Source of the DNA: Leptolyngbyaceae cyanobacterium SM1_3_5
GTDB taxonomy: Bacteria; Cyanobacteriota; Cyanobacteriia; Elainellales; Elainellaceae
Assembly (NCBI GenBank): GCA_012031475.1
Contig: JAAUTJ010000001.1
Location: forward strand, 1-36,572
DNA: 36,572 bases
Direction: 5' to 3'
Part shown: positions 11,151 through 21,188 of the stretch, piece by piece
How positions within the stretch are numbered: position 1 is the first letter of the stretch
Layout of the letters: each line of letters starts with the position of its first letter
Translations under genes and position numbers: made by a program
Notes under the pieces: generated by a model
Told to the model about the DNA's origin: nothing
Databases searched by the model: none
What the model saw: the letters and a program-made list of their open reading frames with translations, nothing else

Positions 11151-11579
11151 TTAGGTGATTGAAATCACCGGATAGTTATAGCTCTCCTTGACAACTAAAC
11201 CATCTTTCCAATAACCAATAGAAAGCTGATTACTCTTGCTATGAATAATCTGGCCGTCATACTCAATAGTGTAGTCGTTGTACCAATTAGAGATGACAAC
11301 AAAGTCATAGGTGCGATCGGCTGAAACAGCAATATCTTGACTGATCAGTCTAGATTCTCTAAACTCAGCCAACATGTCATTGAAAAAGATCGCTCTCCCT
11401 TGACGACAAGCTTCTTTACCTGTAGTAACCGTACCGTCGCCTTCGATCATTACAGTATGCTCAGCATAGTATTTTTCCAAGACAACTGAGGTTTGAAATG
11501 TCGCCACTAGATGGTTGATTTCTTCTAGCTTGACTTGTAATTCTTCAAGGGTCATGGCAGTAGATGGAGTAATTTGCAT
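11151..11579 (-). CDS. SnoaL/NTF2-like small protein
   Basis: 142 aa with YYAEHTVMIE..GKEA and a C-terminal WKDGLVVKESY, typical of NTF2-like folds. Confidence 0.65.
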   Translation of the reverse strand: MQITPSTAMTLEELQVKLEEINHLVATFQTSVVLEKYYAEHTVMIEGDGTVTTGKEACRQGRAIFFNDMLAEFRESRLISQDIAVSADRTYDFVVISNWYNDYTIEYDGQIIHSKSNQLSIGYWKDGLVVKESYNYPVISIT

Positions 11580-11665
11580 CGATACTTCTGAAAGAAGTTT
11601 TATCTCGTGTGGAGTATCTGATTATGAACCAGTTTGCTCTCAAACGGATTGTAAAAAAATTGACT

Positions 11666-12496
11666 TCAATCAGGCAGCACGATATGACAGGGATGAAAGC
11701 CCCGTTGAGCAAGATATTGAGTAGGTGTACAATCCGCGAATGCCCGAAAGTCGTGAATTAAGTGAGCTTGATCGAAATAACCACAGGCAAAAACAATGTC
11801 CATCCAAGCAGTTGTAGGCTTTTCTGATAGCATCTCCAGAACTTTCTGGAATCGCTGAATGCGGCAAAACAGCTTAGGTGTTACTCCTACCTGGTCTCGA
11901 AACAATTGGTTGAAATGGCGAAAACTGAATCCGGTTTGTTCGATGACTGTGCTAACTGTTGGGCTTACGGACTGCCGAAACTGCTGCAATGCAAAATTGA
12001 TAGCCGAATGGTAATTGGGCGATCGCATCATCTGCATCAAAAATTGCTCCAATACCAAAAATTGAGCGCCTGAAGTAGATTTTTGAAGTAGGCGATCGCG
12101 CAATTCTGAGGCGCGAGTTTTCCACAACTCGTCTAATGAAATCAGTTCGTTGTGAAGCTCACCAGCAGGTAGATCAAAGAACGCAGTTCCTCCTCCTGGT
12201 TTGAAATGAATACCCATCACAGATATTTCGCGAGTATCGCAAATAATAAAGTTTTCAGAATGTGCGCCGCAAAGCATGATGCCGCTGGTGCTGCTGCGTT
12301 GTACTCGACTTTGACGATCGAATAGTGGAATTCTATCTTCATATAGATTGATGACCAATTCCACTGTTGCCATTGGCAGCAAGCGGGTTTGCAGTGCCGC
12401 TAGATTGTCACCTTTTCTCATCCAAAAAAATTCTATAAACCGCGAGAGAGGCGATCGAGGGATATAGGTTTGGTAGGTCATAACTGCTTCCGCCAT
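11666..12496 (-). CDS. AraC-family transcriptional regulator
   Basis: C-terminal FRDQVGVTPKLFCRIQRF...CGYFDQAHLIHDFRAFADCTP double HTH. Confidence 0.9.
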   Translation of the reverse strand: MAEAVMTYQTYIPRSPLSRFIEFFWMRKGDNLAALQTRLLPMATVELVINLYEDRIPLFDRQSRVQRSSTSGIMLCGAHSENFIICDTREISVMGIHFKPGGGTAFFDLPAGELHNELISLDELWKTRASELRDRLLQKSTSGAQFLVLEQFLMQMMRSPNYHSAINFALQQFRQSVSPTVSTVIEQTGFSFRHFNQLFRDQVGVTPKLFCRIQRFQKVLEMLSEKPTTAWMDIVFACGYFDQAHLIHDFRAFADCTPTQYLAQRGFHPCHIVLPD

Positions 12497-12669
12497 CCAT
12501 CAGTGATTACAATCCATCGACCAAACTTGCTTCTCCTCATTCAATACCTGCTCTATGTCCAGGCAAACGAAAAACTTCACCATATGCTTTCACCATACGC
12601 TTTCGCCGAGGATTATCTTAAATAGTCAGCTTAAAACTGTTGGTCGATCGCCCATTTGTGTCAGGATAT

Positions 12670-12684
12670 CGATAGACTTTTGCA
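12670..12684. promoter_or_regulatory. Candidate Fur-like box upstream of the TonB-dependent receptor
   Basis: CGATAGACTTTTGCA is 12/15 identical to the reverse complement of the box at 20888-20902. Confidence 0.4.
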
Positions 12685-12778
12685 ATAGCGTAATCAGCGT
12701 GGGTGGATCTTCTGCAAGCAACATTGCTCAGAGAAATTACGCAACCAGACAAACGATAACCCGGATCGAAGGGACGGA

Positions 12779-15280
12779 ATGGAACGATCGCAATTTTTTG
12801 GGATAGGACTGGCAGGCGTTGCCCTTGCTGTGGTTCAGCCTGTGCAGGCGCAGAGTTTGCAAACGGTGGATGTGCAAATTGTGGCGGGCGATCGCAACCT
12901 CACAATTCAGCTACAGGGATCGATCGAACCGCTCACCCCGCTGCCCGCCACAACAGACGGGAATACTTTACTGATAGAAATTCCGAATGCTCAGTTGCGA
13001 TCGCCCCAAACCCAGGAAAATCCCACTGCGGACATTGCGGCTGTGGAAATCACGCAGAGCGATCGCGGCTCGATTTTGGTGCGCGTTGTGGGTGCAGCGG
13101 CGGTTCCGATCGCGACCACAGCGCCGACCCCGCAGGGCTTACAGATTGAAATTGCGGCTGCGCCCTTGGCTGAACCACCTCCCGCCTTATCCACTCCTCC
13201 CACCTCGTCAACGACCGCAATCGATTTGCTTGCGCCTGCCGAAAATGCGATTCGGATTATTGCGACGGGCGATCGCACCAGCTACCGCATCGGTGAATCT
13301 TCGGTGGGGACGCGCACGGATACCGATATTTTGAACGTGCCGCAGTCGATTCAGGTGATCCCGGAACAGGTGATCGAGGAGCAGGGAGCGCGATCGCTTG
13401 GTGAAACCGCCCGAAATACCGCAGGCGTGACGACGGGGCGAATTTCTTCGGGTTCGCTGGCGACCGAATTTGTGATTCGCGGCTTTGCGACCGAGAATAT
13501 TTTGCGGAATGGACTGCGCGACACGACTCAGCAGTTTGCAACGGGAATCACGAATGTCGATCGCCTGGAAATCCTCAGGGGGCCAGCGTCCGTGCTGTTT
13601 GGGCAGGGCAGCTTGGGCGGCACGGTCAACATTGTGACGGAAATTCCGCTGGATGAGCCGACTTACGAACTGGAATATCTGATTGGTCAAGATGATTTGC
13701 ATCGCGGCTCGATCGATTTTTCCAGTCCGTTCAGTCCGGATAGCGATTTGGGCTTTCGGCTGAATATGGCGTATGAAAGTTCTGGCAGCTTCCGCGAGTT
13801 TGAGGAAAGCAATTTTCTGTTCATCGCGCCGACCGTGACGCTGATTAATACGGCAGATACGACGCTGATCGCGGATTTAGAATATCTCAACGTTCGATCG
13901 AGCGGCACGGCTTCGGAACTGCCTGCCCTTGGAACGGTCGTAGACAGTCCGTTCGGCTCGATCGATCGCACGACGAACTTGGGCGAACCGTCTCTGTCTG
14001 AGAGCCGCAGCAACCTGACGCGATTGGGCTACCGCATCGATCATCGACTCAGCGACGACTGGCGCATCCGCAACGAATTTCTAGCGGCTTTTAGCGACGT
14101 GGGTGAAAATACGGGCGTTATTCCCGTTTCGGTGCTGGCCGATGGGCGATCGCTCCGGCGCGTCCTCACCCGCAACCCCAGCACGAATACCAGCATTACG
14201 TTCAATACGAACGTCGTCGGCCAGTTTTCAACGGGGTCGATCGATCACGAACTTCTATTCGGGGTCGAGCTTTTCAGCGATTCGTTGCGCGACCAAATCG
14301 ACATCATCAACGTCGCCACTATCGACCTGTTCGACCCGGAATACAGCGGCGTGGCGGGGAATTTGCTGGAGCGGCAGGACACGCGCACCAGTCGAAACGC
14401 GATCGGATTTTATCTGCAAGACCAGATTTCTTTGAGCGATGAGCTGATCCTAGTTTTGGGCGGACGCTTTGACGTGGCGAACTTGAATTTTGAGAATTTG
14501 CTGCGCGAAACGGACAGCTTTGAATCGCAGGCGACCGCCTTTAGTCCGCGTGTCGGATTGGTGTTTAAGCCGGAAGAGAACTTGTCTTTTTACGCCAGCT
14601 TTACGCGATCGTTCGAGCCAGTGGCCGGACGCGAACAGCTTTTTGACCCCGTAACCAACACGACTGCATTCGGGCAACCGTTTGAACCAGAGCGCGGAGT
14701 TCAATACGAAATTGGCGTCAAGGCCGACTTTGACGATCGCCTTTCGGCCACGCTTGCCTTGTATCAGCTAGATCGATCGAACGTCACCACCACCGGAGCC
14801 GAGAGCGCATTTACCACTGTGCAGGTCGGTGAACAGCGCAGCCGAGGCGTGGAATTGAGCGTTACGGGCGAACTAACGGACGGCTGGAATTTGATTGCCA
14901 GCTATGCCTACACTGATGCTCAAATCACGGCAGACAACACCTTTGAGGTTGGCAATCGGCTTCCCAATACGCCAGAACACGCCGCCAGCCTGTGGACAAC
15001 GTATGAAATTCAGTCGGGCGATCTCGAAGGTTTGGGCTTTGGCATCGGGCTATTTTTTCAGGGAGAACGCCAGGGAAATTTGACGAATACTTTTACCCTA
15101 CCGGGATTTCTGCGGACGGATGCGACCGTGTTCTATCGGCGCGATCGCTTTCGTGCTTCGGTCAATCTGCAAAACCTGTTTGATGTGGAATACTACGAAG
15201 GCTCCCGCGACAATACGGATGCCCGCGTTGTGGTTGGCGCACCCTTCACGATCTCAGGACAAATCGCCTGGGAGTTTTAA
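12779..15280 (+). CDS. TonB-dependent siderophore receptor with N-terminal AMIN domain
   Basis: Signal peptide, AMIN-like LLIEIPNAQL, plug GTRTDTDILNVPQSIQVIP and LRGPASVLFG, barrel NLQNLFD, terminal WEF. Confidence 0.95.
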   Translation: MERSQFFGIGLAGVALAVVQPVQAQSLQTVDVQIVAGDRNLTIQLQGSIEPLTPLPATTDGNTLLIEIPNAQLRSPQTQENPTADIAAVEITQSDRGSILVRVVGAAAVPIATTAPTPQGLQIEIAAAPLAEPPPALSTPPTSSTTAIDLLAPAENAIRIIATGDRTSYRIGESSVGTRTDTDILNVPQSIQVIPEQVIEEQGARSLGETARNTAGVTTGRISSGSLATEFVIRGFATENILRNGLRDTTQQFATGITNVDRLEILRGPASVLFGQGSLGGTVNIVTEIPLDEPTYELEYLIGQDDLHRGSIDFSSPFSPDSDLGFRLNMAYESSGSFREFEESNFLFIAPTVTLINTADTTLIADLEYLNVRSSGTASELPALGTVVDSPFGSIDRTTNLGEPSLSESRSNLTRLGYRIDHRLSDDWRIRNEFLAAFSDVGENTGVIPVSVLADGRSLRRVLTRNPSTNTSITFNTNVVGQFSTGSIDHELLFGVELFSDSLRDQIDIINVATIDLFDPEYSGVAGNLLERQDTRTSRNAIGFYLQDQISLSDELILVLGGRFDVANLNFENLLRETDSFESQATAFSPRVGLVFKPEENLSFYASFTRSFEPVAGREQLFDPVTNTTAFGQPFEPERGVQYEIGVKADFDDRLSATLALYQLDRSNVTTTGAESAFTTVQVGEQRSRGVELSVTGELTDGWNLIASYAYTDAQITADNTFEVGNRLPNTPEHAASLWTTYEIQSGDLEGLGFGIGLFFQGERQGNLTNTFTLPGFLRTDATVFYRRDRFRASVNLQNLFDVEYYEGSRDNTDARVVVGAPFTISGQIAWEF

Positions 15281-15283
15281 CCG

Positions 15284-16592
15284 ATGCGAAATTTCACGAT
15301 TCTCTGGCTGGGGCAGTTGGTTTCAACGATCGGCAGCTACATGACCGTGTTTGCGCTGATGATCTGGCTGTGGCAGCAAACCGAATCCGCGACAACGCTG
15401 GCTCTAATCACCTTTTTCTCGCAGCTACCGCGCATCTTCATCACGCCGATCGCCGGAATCGTCGTCGATCGCTTTTCGCGCAAACGCTTGATGCTGCTGG
15501 GCGATATTGTGGCCTTGCTTTGTACCTTGGCGATCACCCTGCTCTACAGTTCAGGCAGTCTGCAAATCTGGCATCTCTACGTTATCGTTGCCTGTACGGC
15601 TGCTTTGGACAGATTCAAACATTGGCGTATTCGGCTTCGATCGCTCTGCTCGTCACCCAGCAGCACTACACCAGAGCCGAAAGCATGGTGTCGGCAGTGG
15701 GCTACAGCGGCGCAATTTTTTCGCCGATTTTGGCAGGCAGTCTGTATCCGGCGATCGGGCTGGAGGGGATTATTGCGATCGATCTCATCACATTCGCGGC
15801 TGCCTTCTTCACGCTGATCGTCTCTCGCATTCCGCAGCCCGCCAATGTTGAAAGCGATACGGTCGAATCGACCTGGCAAAGTCTCACCTTTGGCTTCCGC
15901 TACATCTTCAGCCGACCGGGACTGGTGGCAATGGTAATCGCGTTTACGCTGTTTGCGATTCCGGGCGACATCGGCAAAGCGCTGTATAACCCGATGATTT
16001 TGGCGCGATCGAACGGCGATGCTCAAGTTTTGGGCATGGTGACAACCGCAGCGGGAATTGGCGGCATTGTGGGCGCTTTGATTCTCGGCATTTGGGGCGG
16101 CTTTCGGCGCAGAATTCACGGAATGCTGATCGGCTTTGCGGCCAGCGGATTCTTCAAAATCATTTTGGGAATCGGACAAACGCCGATCGCTTGGGCAGCA
16201 GCGCACTTTTTGGCAACGCTACCCGTCCCGATGTTCTACAGTTCCAGCAACGCGATTTGGTATGCAAAAGTGCCGCCGAAGCTGCAAGGCCGCGTCCTCG
16301 CTGCCGATCAGATGATTGGGCTGGTGGTGGGATCGATCGCGCCCTGATCGCGGGTCCCTTGGCCGATCGCGTCTTTGAACCTGCGATGCAGTCGGGTGGA
16401 GCGCTTGCGCCGTTTGGGGCGATGGTTGGCACAGGTCAGGGCAGCGGAATCGCCTTGCTCTACAGCCTCACTGCCGTTTGGATGCTGCTGGTTGGCTTGG
16501 GTGGCTATGCCTTTCGGACGCTGCGCGAAGTTGAAGTTTTGCTGCCGGATCACGGCGAGGGCGCAGTTGACTCGAATAAAATGAACACCTGA
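15284..16592 (+). CDS. MFS transporter (macrolide-efflux/EntS-like), frameshifts at ~15590 and ~16343
   Basis: FTILWLGQLVSTIGSYMT, GIVVDRFSRK, KVPPKLQGRV and LIAGPLADRVFEP are spread over three overlapping ORFs. Confidence 0.85.
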
Positions 16593-16596
16593 ACTT

Positions 16597-16611
16597 GTGC
16601 AAAATTTGCAC
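16597..16611. promoter_or_regulatory. Palindrome GTGCAAAATTTGCAC (copy 1), putative operator
   Basis: Perfect 7-1-7 inverted repeat about 45 bp upstream of ATG 16656; identical copies at 34566 and 34612. Confidence 0.7.
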
Positions 16612-16655
16612 GATTGCGGGTGCGATTGCAAACAACAGTCACAAAAGGAACAACA

Positions 16656-17822
16656 ATGGTAAGAGTTGGCATTACGGCCAGTCTGACAACGCTGATCGAA
16701 GCGCAAAGCACCGCTGTAACGCTCACGTTCACCCTCGATCAGCCGCCGCCTTCAGAAGGATTGGTGGTTTCGATCGATTCCGAAACGCCCCGCGCTCTGG
16801 CGGAATTTGACGTATTTGCCGCACAGTTTTCAGGGGGGCGACTGGTTCGAGGCAATCAAGACAATAGCGGTTTCACGGTGCGCTTGACTCAACAGACTGC
16901 CACCATTCAGCTACCCGTCTTTCAAGATGATGCAGTGGAAGGAGCAGAGCGCTTCACCTTCACGCTTCAGCCCGATTCCAGCTACACGATCGACCCCAAT
17001 GCCAGCGCCATCACGCTCACCGTCGAAGACACTGCGCCCGTTCTGGTGAATCGATCGCCCGTTGCCGTTGACGATCGATTCATCATCGGAACCGGGGAAA
17101 CTTTGACGATTCCTGCTGCGGGTGTGCTGGGCAACGACAGCGATCCCGATGGCAATCCGCTCACAGCTACAGTCGCAACAACTCCAACCAGCGGCAGCTT
17201 AACGCTGAATGCAAATGGCTCGTTCACCTACAGTTCCAACGCCGGATTTACGGGCACAGACCGCTTCACCTATCAGGCCAGTGACGGAACGTTAGCAGCC
17301 ACCGCCACCGTTTCAATCGAGGTTGCACCCCCTGCGGTTCCCGAAATTGTGCTTGGCACACCAGGGCGCGATCGACTCCGGGGAACAACGCAGAACGACT
17401 CGATATTCGGTTTGGGCGGCAACGATCGCCTGATTGGTTTGGCTGGAGATGATGAACTGAACGGCGGCGGCGGCAATGATATTCTGCTGGGCGGTGCGGG
17501 TAACGATGAGTTGACGGGCGGCGGCGGCAGCGATCGCATTGAGGGCGGAGCGGGCAACGATCGGCTGATCGGCAACGCAGGCAACAACCTTTTGATCGGC
17601 GGCCAAGGTCGGGATGTGTTCGTTTTGCAGCGGGGAGCAGGCTTCCAGCAAATTCAAGATTTTCAAGACCGACCGGATCGCCTTGGCCTCGACGGTTTGC
17701 GCTTCCGGCAGCTTGGCATCACGCAGCGCGGACGCGATACCCTAATTCAGTCTGGTCAAGATCTGGTGGCCGTTCTCAAGAACGTGCAGGCCGATCGCAT
17801 CACTGCTACGGATTTTACCTAG
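16656..17822 (+). CDS. RTX (hemolysin-type Ca-binding) protein: Calx-beta-like domain, Ig-like domain, GGxGxD tail
   Basis: AAGGA RBS before ATG 16656; NRSPVAVDD...GVLGNDSDPDG Ig-like unit; multiple GGxGND nonapeptides; ITATDFT end; no Sec signal. Confidence 0.85.
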   Translation: MVRVGITASLTTLIEAQSTAVTLTFTLDQPPPSEGLVVSIDSETPRALAEFDVFAAQFSGGRLVRGNQDNSGFTVRLTQQTATIQLPVFQDDAVEGAERFTFTLQPDSSYTIDPNASAITLTVEDTAPVLVNRSPVAVDDRFIIGTGETLTIPAAGVLGNDSDPDGNPLTATVATTPTSGSLTLNANGSFTYSSNAGFTGTDRFTYQASDGTLAATATVSIEVAPPAVPEIVLGTPGRDRLRGTTQNDSIFGLGGNDRLIGLAGDDELNGGGGNDILLGGAGNDELTGGGGSDRIEGGAGNDRLIGNAGNNLLIGGQGRDVFVLQRGAGFQQIQDFQDRPDRLGLDGLRFRQLGITQRGRDTLIQSGQDLVAVLKNVQADRITATDFT

Positions 17823-17855
17823 AGTTTGAAGGCGGCGATCGCGCTGCCTCGATAA

Positions 17856-17870
17856 TGCGATAGACTCGCA
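17856..17870. promoter_or_regulatory. Candidate Fur-like box
   Basis: TGCGATAGACTCGCA 7-1-7 imperfect palindrome about 48 bp before ATG 17919; resembles the reverse complement of 34436-34450. Confidence 0.5.
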
Positions 17871-17918
17871 ATTAGTCATAGCCCCCACGCGCCACAATTT
17901 CACTTTAAGAATTTCACA

Positions 17919-18675
17919 ATGGTCACGATTCGTTTTCAGCATCGCCCGGAGTTCTCGTTGAAGAAGCCGGAACCGCGATCGCCTTTCGCTTTCAGCTTGA
18001 TCAAGCTCCACCAGCGGGCGGCATCACGGCCACCATCAAAGGCAACGTTCCCCAGTCGCTCACGCAGCTTGATCTGTTTGAACTGAGGGCAACAGGCGGC
18101 GCTCAGCCCATTGGCGACTTCGACTTTTCCGGCTTCGACTTCACCATCACAGGACGCAACGCCACTGTCCGCGCCCCAATTTTGCCGATGCCAACGCAGA
18201 AGGCTTGCAGACCATCACCTACACGCTGCAACCGGGAAGAGGCTTCACGATCGATCCGGTCAACAGCGCGATTGTGCAGTTTGCCGATCGCCGCTCCGAC
18301 ATCCTCACGGGCACAAACCGAGGCGATCGCTTGGTCGGCACAAGACGAGACGATCGGCTGGAAGGATTGGGCGGCAACGATACGCTGAATGGCAGCGCAG
18401 GCAACGACGTTCTAATCGGCGGTGCAGGCTCCGACATCATGACGGGCGGATCGGGGCGTGATGTGTTTGGCATCCAAACTGGAGTAGGCGTCGATACAAT
18501 TACGGACTTCCGAAACCAAGACCGCATCGGCATTGGCGCGAACGTCAATTTTGGGCAGATTGACATCGTGCGGCAGGGTCGCGATACGCTGATTCGATCG
18601 GGTCGGGACGAGTTGGCCGTGCTGCGAAACGTCCGCGCCAATCAGATCACCGCAGCCGATTTTGTCCGGGTGTAA
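17919..18675 (+). CDS. Small RTX protein (one Calx-beta-like domain plus RTX tail), frameshifts in T-runs at ~17935 and ~18182
   Basis: Reconstructed as MVTIRFSASPGVLVEEAGTAIAFRFQLDQAPPAGGITATIKGNVPQSLTQLDLF...VRAPIFADANAEGLQTITYTLQPG, then GLGGND/GGAGSD repeats and ITAADFVRV. Confidence 0.8.
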
Positions 18676-18678
18676 CGT

Positions 18679-19725
18679 ATGACGGAAACGCTGTCCGACT
18701 GTCGGTTTTGCTCGATCGTCTCCAAGGCCAATGGTGAAGATCCGATCGGTTCCGCCCCCGTTGCCGATGGTTTTTTAATCGTCGAAATTCCGCAGCCTTG
18801 GTCAGCGCAACTCTTTTCAGAACCGCAGATCCAGCCGATCCTGGCCTGGGTGAAAACGCTGGCGCTGCGCGGCATCAGGATTCGCCCGATCGCCATTGCC
18901 CCCGATCGCGAACATTCGCAGTCTGGCGATCGGCGCGTCCTGTTTTTTTCTCGCTCTGCCGAGTTTTTCGCCAGGTTCGATCGACAGGAATATCTCGTCC
19001 CGGAAGCGGAAGTGGCGAGTCTGGCGATCGCGCTGCTCAAATCCGAAGGACTAGACGAGTTTGCGGCTTATCGTCAGGTCGATCGCCCCGTCCGGGATAT
19101 CCTCGTCTGCACACATGGCAACGTCGATGCGGCCTGCGCTCGCTTTGGATTTCCGATCTACGACAAATTGCGAAAGCAGTATGCCGACTCAGGTTTGCGA
19201 GTTTGGCGCTGTACGCACTTTGGCGGCCACCAGTACGCCCCGACGCTGCTGGATTTGCCATCCGGTCGCTATTGGGCACATTTGGAAGCAGAAACGCTCG
19301 ATACACTCGTTAACCAGCGGGGATCGCCGGATGCGTTGCGATCGCACTACCGGGGATGGGCGGGCTTGGGCAAATTCGAGCAGATTGCCGAGCGCGAAAT
19401 TTGGATGCGCGAAGGCTGGGCGTGGCTGGACTATCCGAAGCGCGGCCAAATTGTCCGACTGGGTGAAGGCTGGCTCAAAGGTAGCCTGCGATCGCTCCTC
19501 CAGCTTGTCCCCTCCAAACGTCTGCGATTTTGGCTGAATCACACCCAACAAGACGCACCTTGGGCAACGGTTCGCATCGAATTTCAGCGGCCAGACGGCT
19601 CGATCGGACGGTATGAAGCGCGAGTCGAAATCAGCGGTCAGATTCTCACGGCGATTCGATCGGCCACTCAGATGCCGCTGGTTCCCGTGAATCAATATCA
19701 CGTCCGGGATTTGCGGCTTGAGTGA
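18679..19725 (+). CDS. Sucrase/ferredoxin-like (thioredoxin-like 2Fe-2S) protein
   Basis: CRFCS, LVCTHGNVDAACARFG, WRCTHFGGHQYAPT and HYRGW. Confidence 0.88.
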   Translation: MTETLSDCRFCSIVSKANGEDPIGSAPVADGFLIVEIPQPWSAQLFSEPQIQPILAWVKTLALRGIRIRPIAIAPDREHSQSGDRRVLFFSRSAEFFARFDRQEYLVPEAEVASLAIALLKSEGLDEFAAYRQVDRPVRDILVCTHGNVDAACARFGFPIYDKLRKQYADSGLRVWRCTHFGGHQYAPTLLDLPSGRYWAHLEAETLDTLVNQRGSPDALRSHYRGWAGLGKFEQIAEREIWMREGWAWLDYPKRGQIVRLGEGWLKGSLRSLLQLVPSKRLRFWLNHTQQDAPWATVRIEFQRPDGSIGRYEARVEISGQILTAIRSATQMPLVPVNQYHVRDLRLE

Positions 19726-19752
19726 AACAGCCTAAAGCTTGAGTGAAACAGC
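19716..19752. repeat. 16-bp direct repeat GCTTGAGTGAAACAGC, two copies
   Basis: Copies at 19716-19731 and 19737-19752, at the junction of convergent genes. Confidence 0.85.
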
Positions 19753-20654
19753 GGGAAGTCCCGTCGCTGCGATCGCTGCTGACAACGGTTTGGACTCGGA
19801 TCGCCTGCGATGACTTTGCGATTTTGGCGATCGGCAATCGCAATCAAATCGGCCTGCGGCAACCAGGGAAACACGATCGTTTCCTCAGGCTGCGTAAACA
19901 TCGTGATTAGCTGCTCGACGGTTTGACTGTTCAACTCGGCTTCTTGCAAAATCACCACCGTCCGCGCTGCCTCGATAATCCAGTCGTGATCCCAATCGTT
20001 TGCGGTTGCCGCCACCACCAAAGCCGCGCCGGGAATGCGATCGAAAAACGTCGAGGCGGCAGTGTCGCCACACAAAACCAGATGGCGATCGCCCACAAGA
20101 TACCATCCGGGCTTCAGTGCTGCGTGAATTTCGATCGTGGGTTCAATGATCACAGGGGCTTCGACTGGAGCGCTACGGGGAATCACGGTGATGATTTCTG
20201 GCTGAGTCGCCACAGGTTTGATTTTGGCCTGATCGATCGTTTCGCGCAAATCTTTGTGCGTCACTTTCTTCCCGGTTTTCGCCTGCTCGATGTACTGCTC
20301 ACGCACTTGAGGCGGCGTTGAGGGTGCAGCCAGCAGATACAGCGCAGAGGTGGCGATGTCGATTTGCGCCAGATTTGCCCGCTCTTGAAAGGTTTCGTAG
20401 ACGTTGATGAAATTGTAGGCGGTGCGCCGACTCCAGCCAAATTCGGCCTTAATCCACGCATCAAACTGGCCGTGCTTAAGCTGCGATCGCACATCTGCCA
20501 AGCGCTGCCCAATCTCCCAAATATCCTGCGCCGATCGCTGAAGCCGCTCATGGATTTCGCCCGTCCGCTGCTGCACGATCGATCGCTGCTCAGGCGGCAA
20601 CACCTGATAGTCGAAGTGATTGACGACTAATTCCGCGTTCTTTTTTTTAATCAC
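19732..20654 (-). CDS. DUF3102-domain putative DNA-binding protein fused to a degenerate DNA-methyltransferase-like C-terminus; frameshift at ~19777
   Basis: IWEIGQRLADVRSQLKHGQFDAWIKAEFGWSRRTAYNFINV...SALYLLAAPSTP. One added G gives CQQAIAATGLPAVSLKL* ending at 19732. Confidence 0.8.
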
Positions 20655-20859
20655 TGTCGCTGAATCAATGGGGACGACTGAGGCGATCGCGGTTTTGGGT
20701 GACGGGTCGGAGCGATCGACACAACTTAAACAAATCTGTTGCTCTCAGAAATATAGCCTAGACTGATGCCCCGTGTCTGCTGATGCGATCGCCAAAGTAA
20801 AAACTTCATTAAGTTTCTGATTCTGTATCTCCTTTGGACAAAGGCATCCGTGAAAACGC

Positions 20860-20902
20860 TTGACAACACAGTCAACTCGTTAGTTAATGAGAAAGTCTAT
20901 CA
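20860..20902 (+). promoter_or_regulatory. Candidate sigma70 promoter with an overlapping palindrome and Fur-like box
   Basis: TTGACA (20860), 17 bp, GTTAAT; TTGAC-N6-GTCAA at 20860-20875; TGAGAAAGTCTATCA at 20888-20902. Confidence 0.55.
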
Positions 20903-21188
20903 ACTGCATCAGGAGCAAAGCAAAAACTCACTGATCGAGGTTCGCTAAATTTGCCTTAAAACGCTGTATTCACGAGGGTCTGCGTCGGTTTCTGTTGATG
21001 AAGATTTGCACTAAGGTACTTGATGGAAAAAGGCCAGTTGAGCGATCGAGCATTACGGCAACCGCCTGAATTTGCAGCCAGAGGCGCGATTTTATGGATG
21101 TCGATTTCCTAAGCTGCAATTTTTCTTCACGAGGGGCGATCGAACTTTTTGACAACCCAATTTTTTCTCTCAATTACAAAAGTAATTT

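Noticed and set aside
12555-12806. 83-aa ORF upstream of the TBDT
   Set aside because: It overlaps the promoter region and the TBDT start out of frame, with no protein-like features.
18180-18183. Programmed frameshift, since the same VRAPIF T-run is broken in both paralogues (18182 and 33719)
   Set aside because: The identical CCAATTTT(T)GC context would give the same basecalling error, and such errors occur throughout the window. Short reads would settle it.
20243-20260. CGCGCAAA-TC-TTTGTGCG palindrome inside DUF3102
   Set aside because: Different spacing and sequence from the repeated motif, single copy, and plausibly chance.
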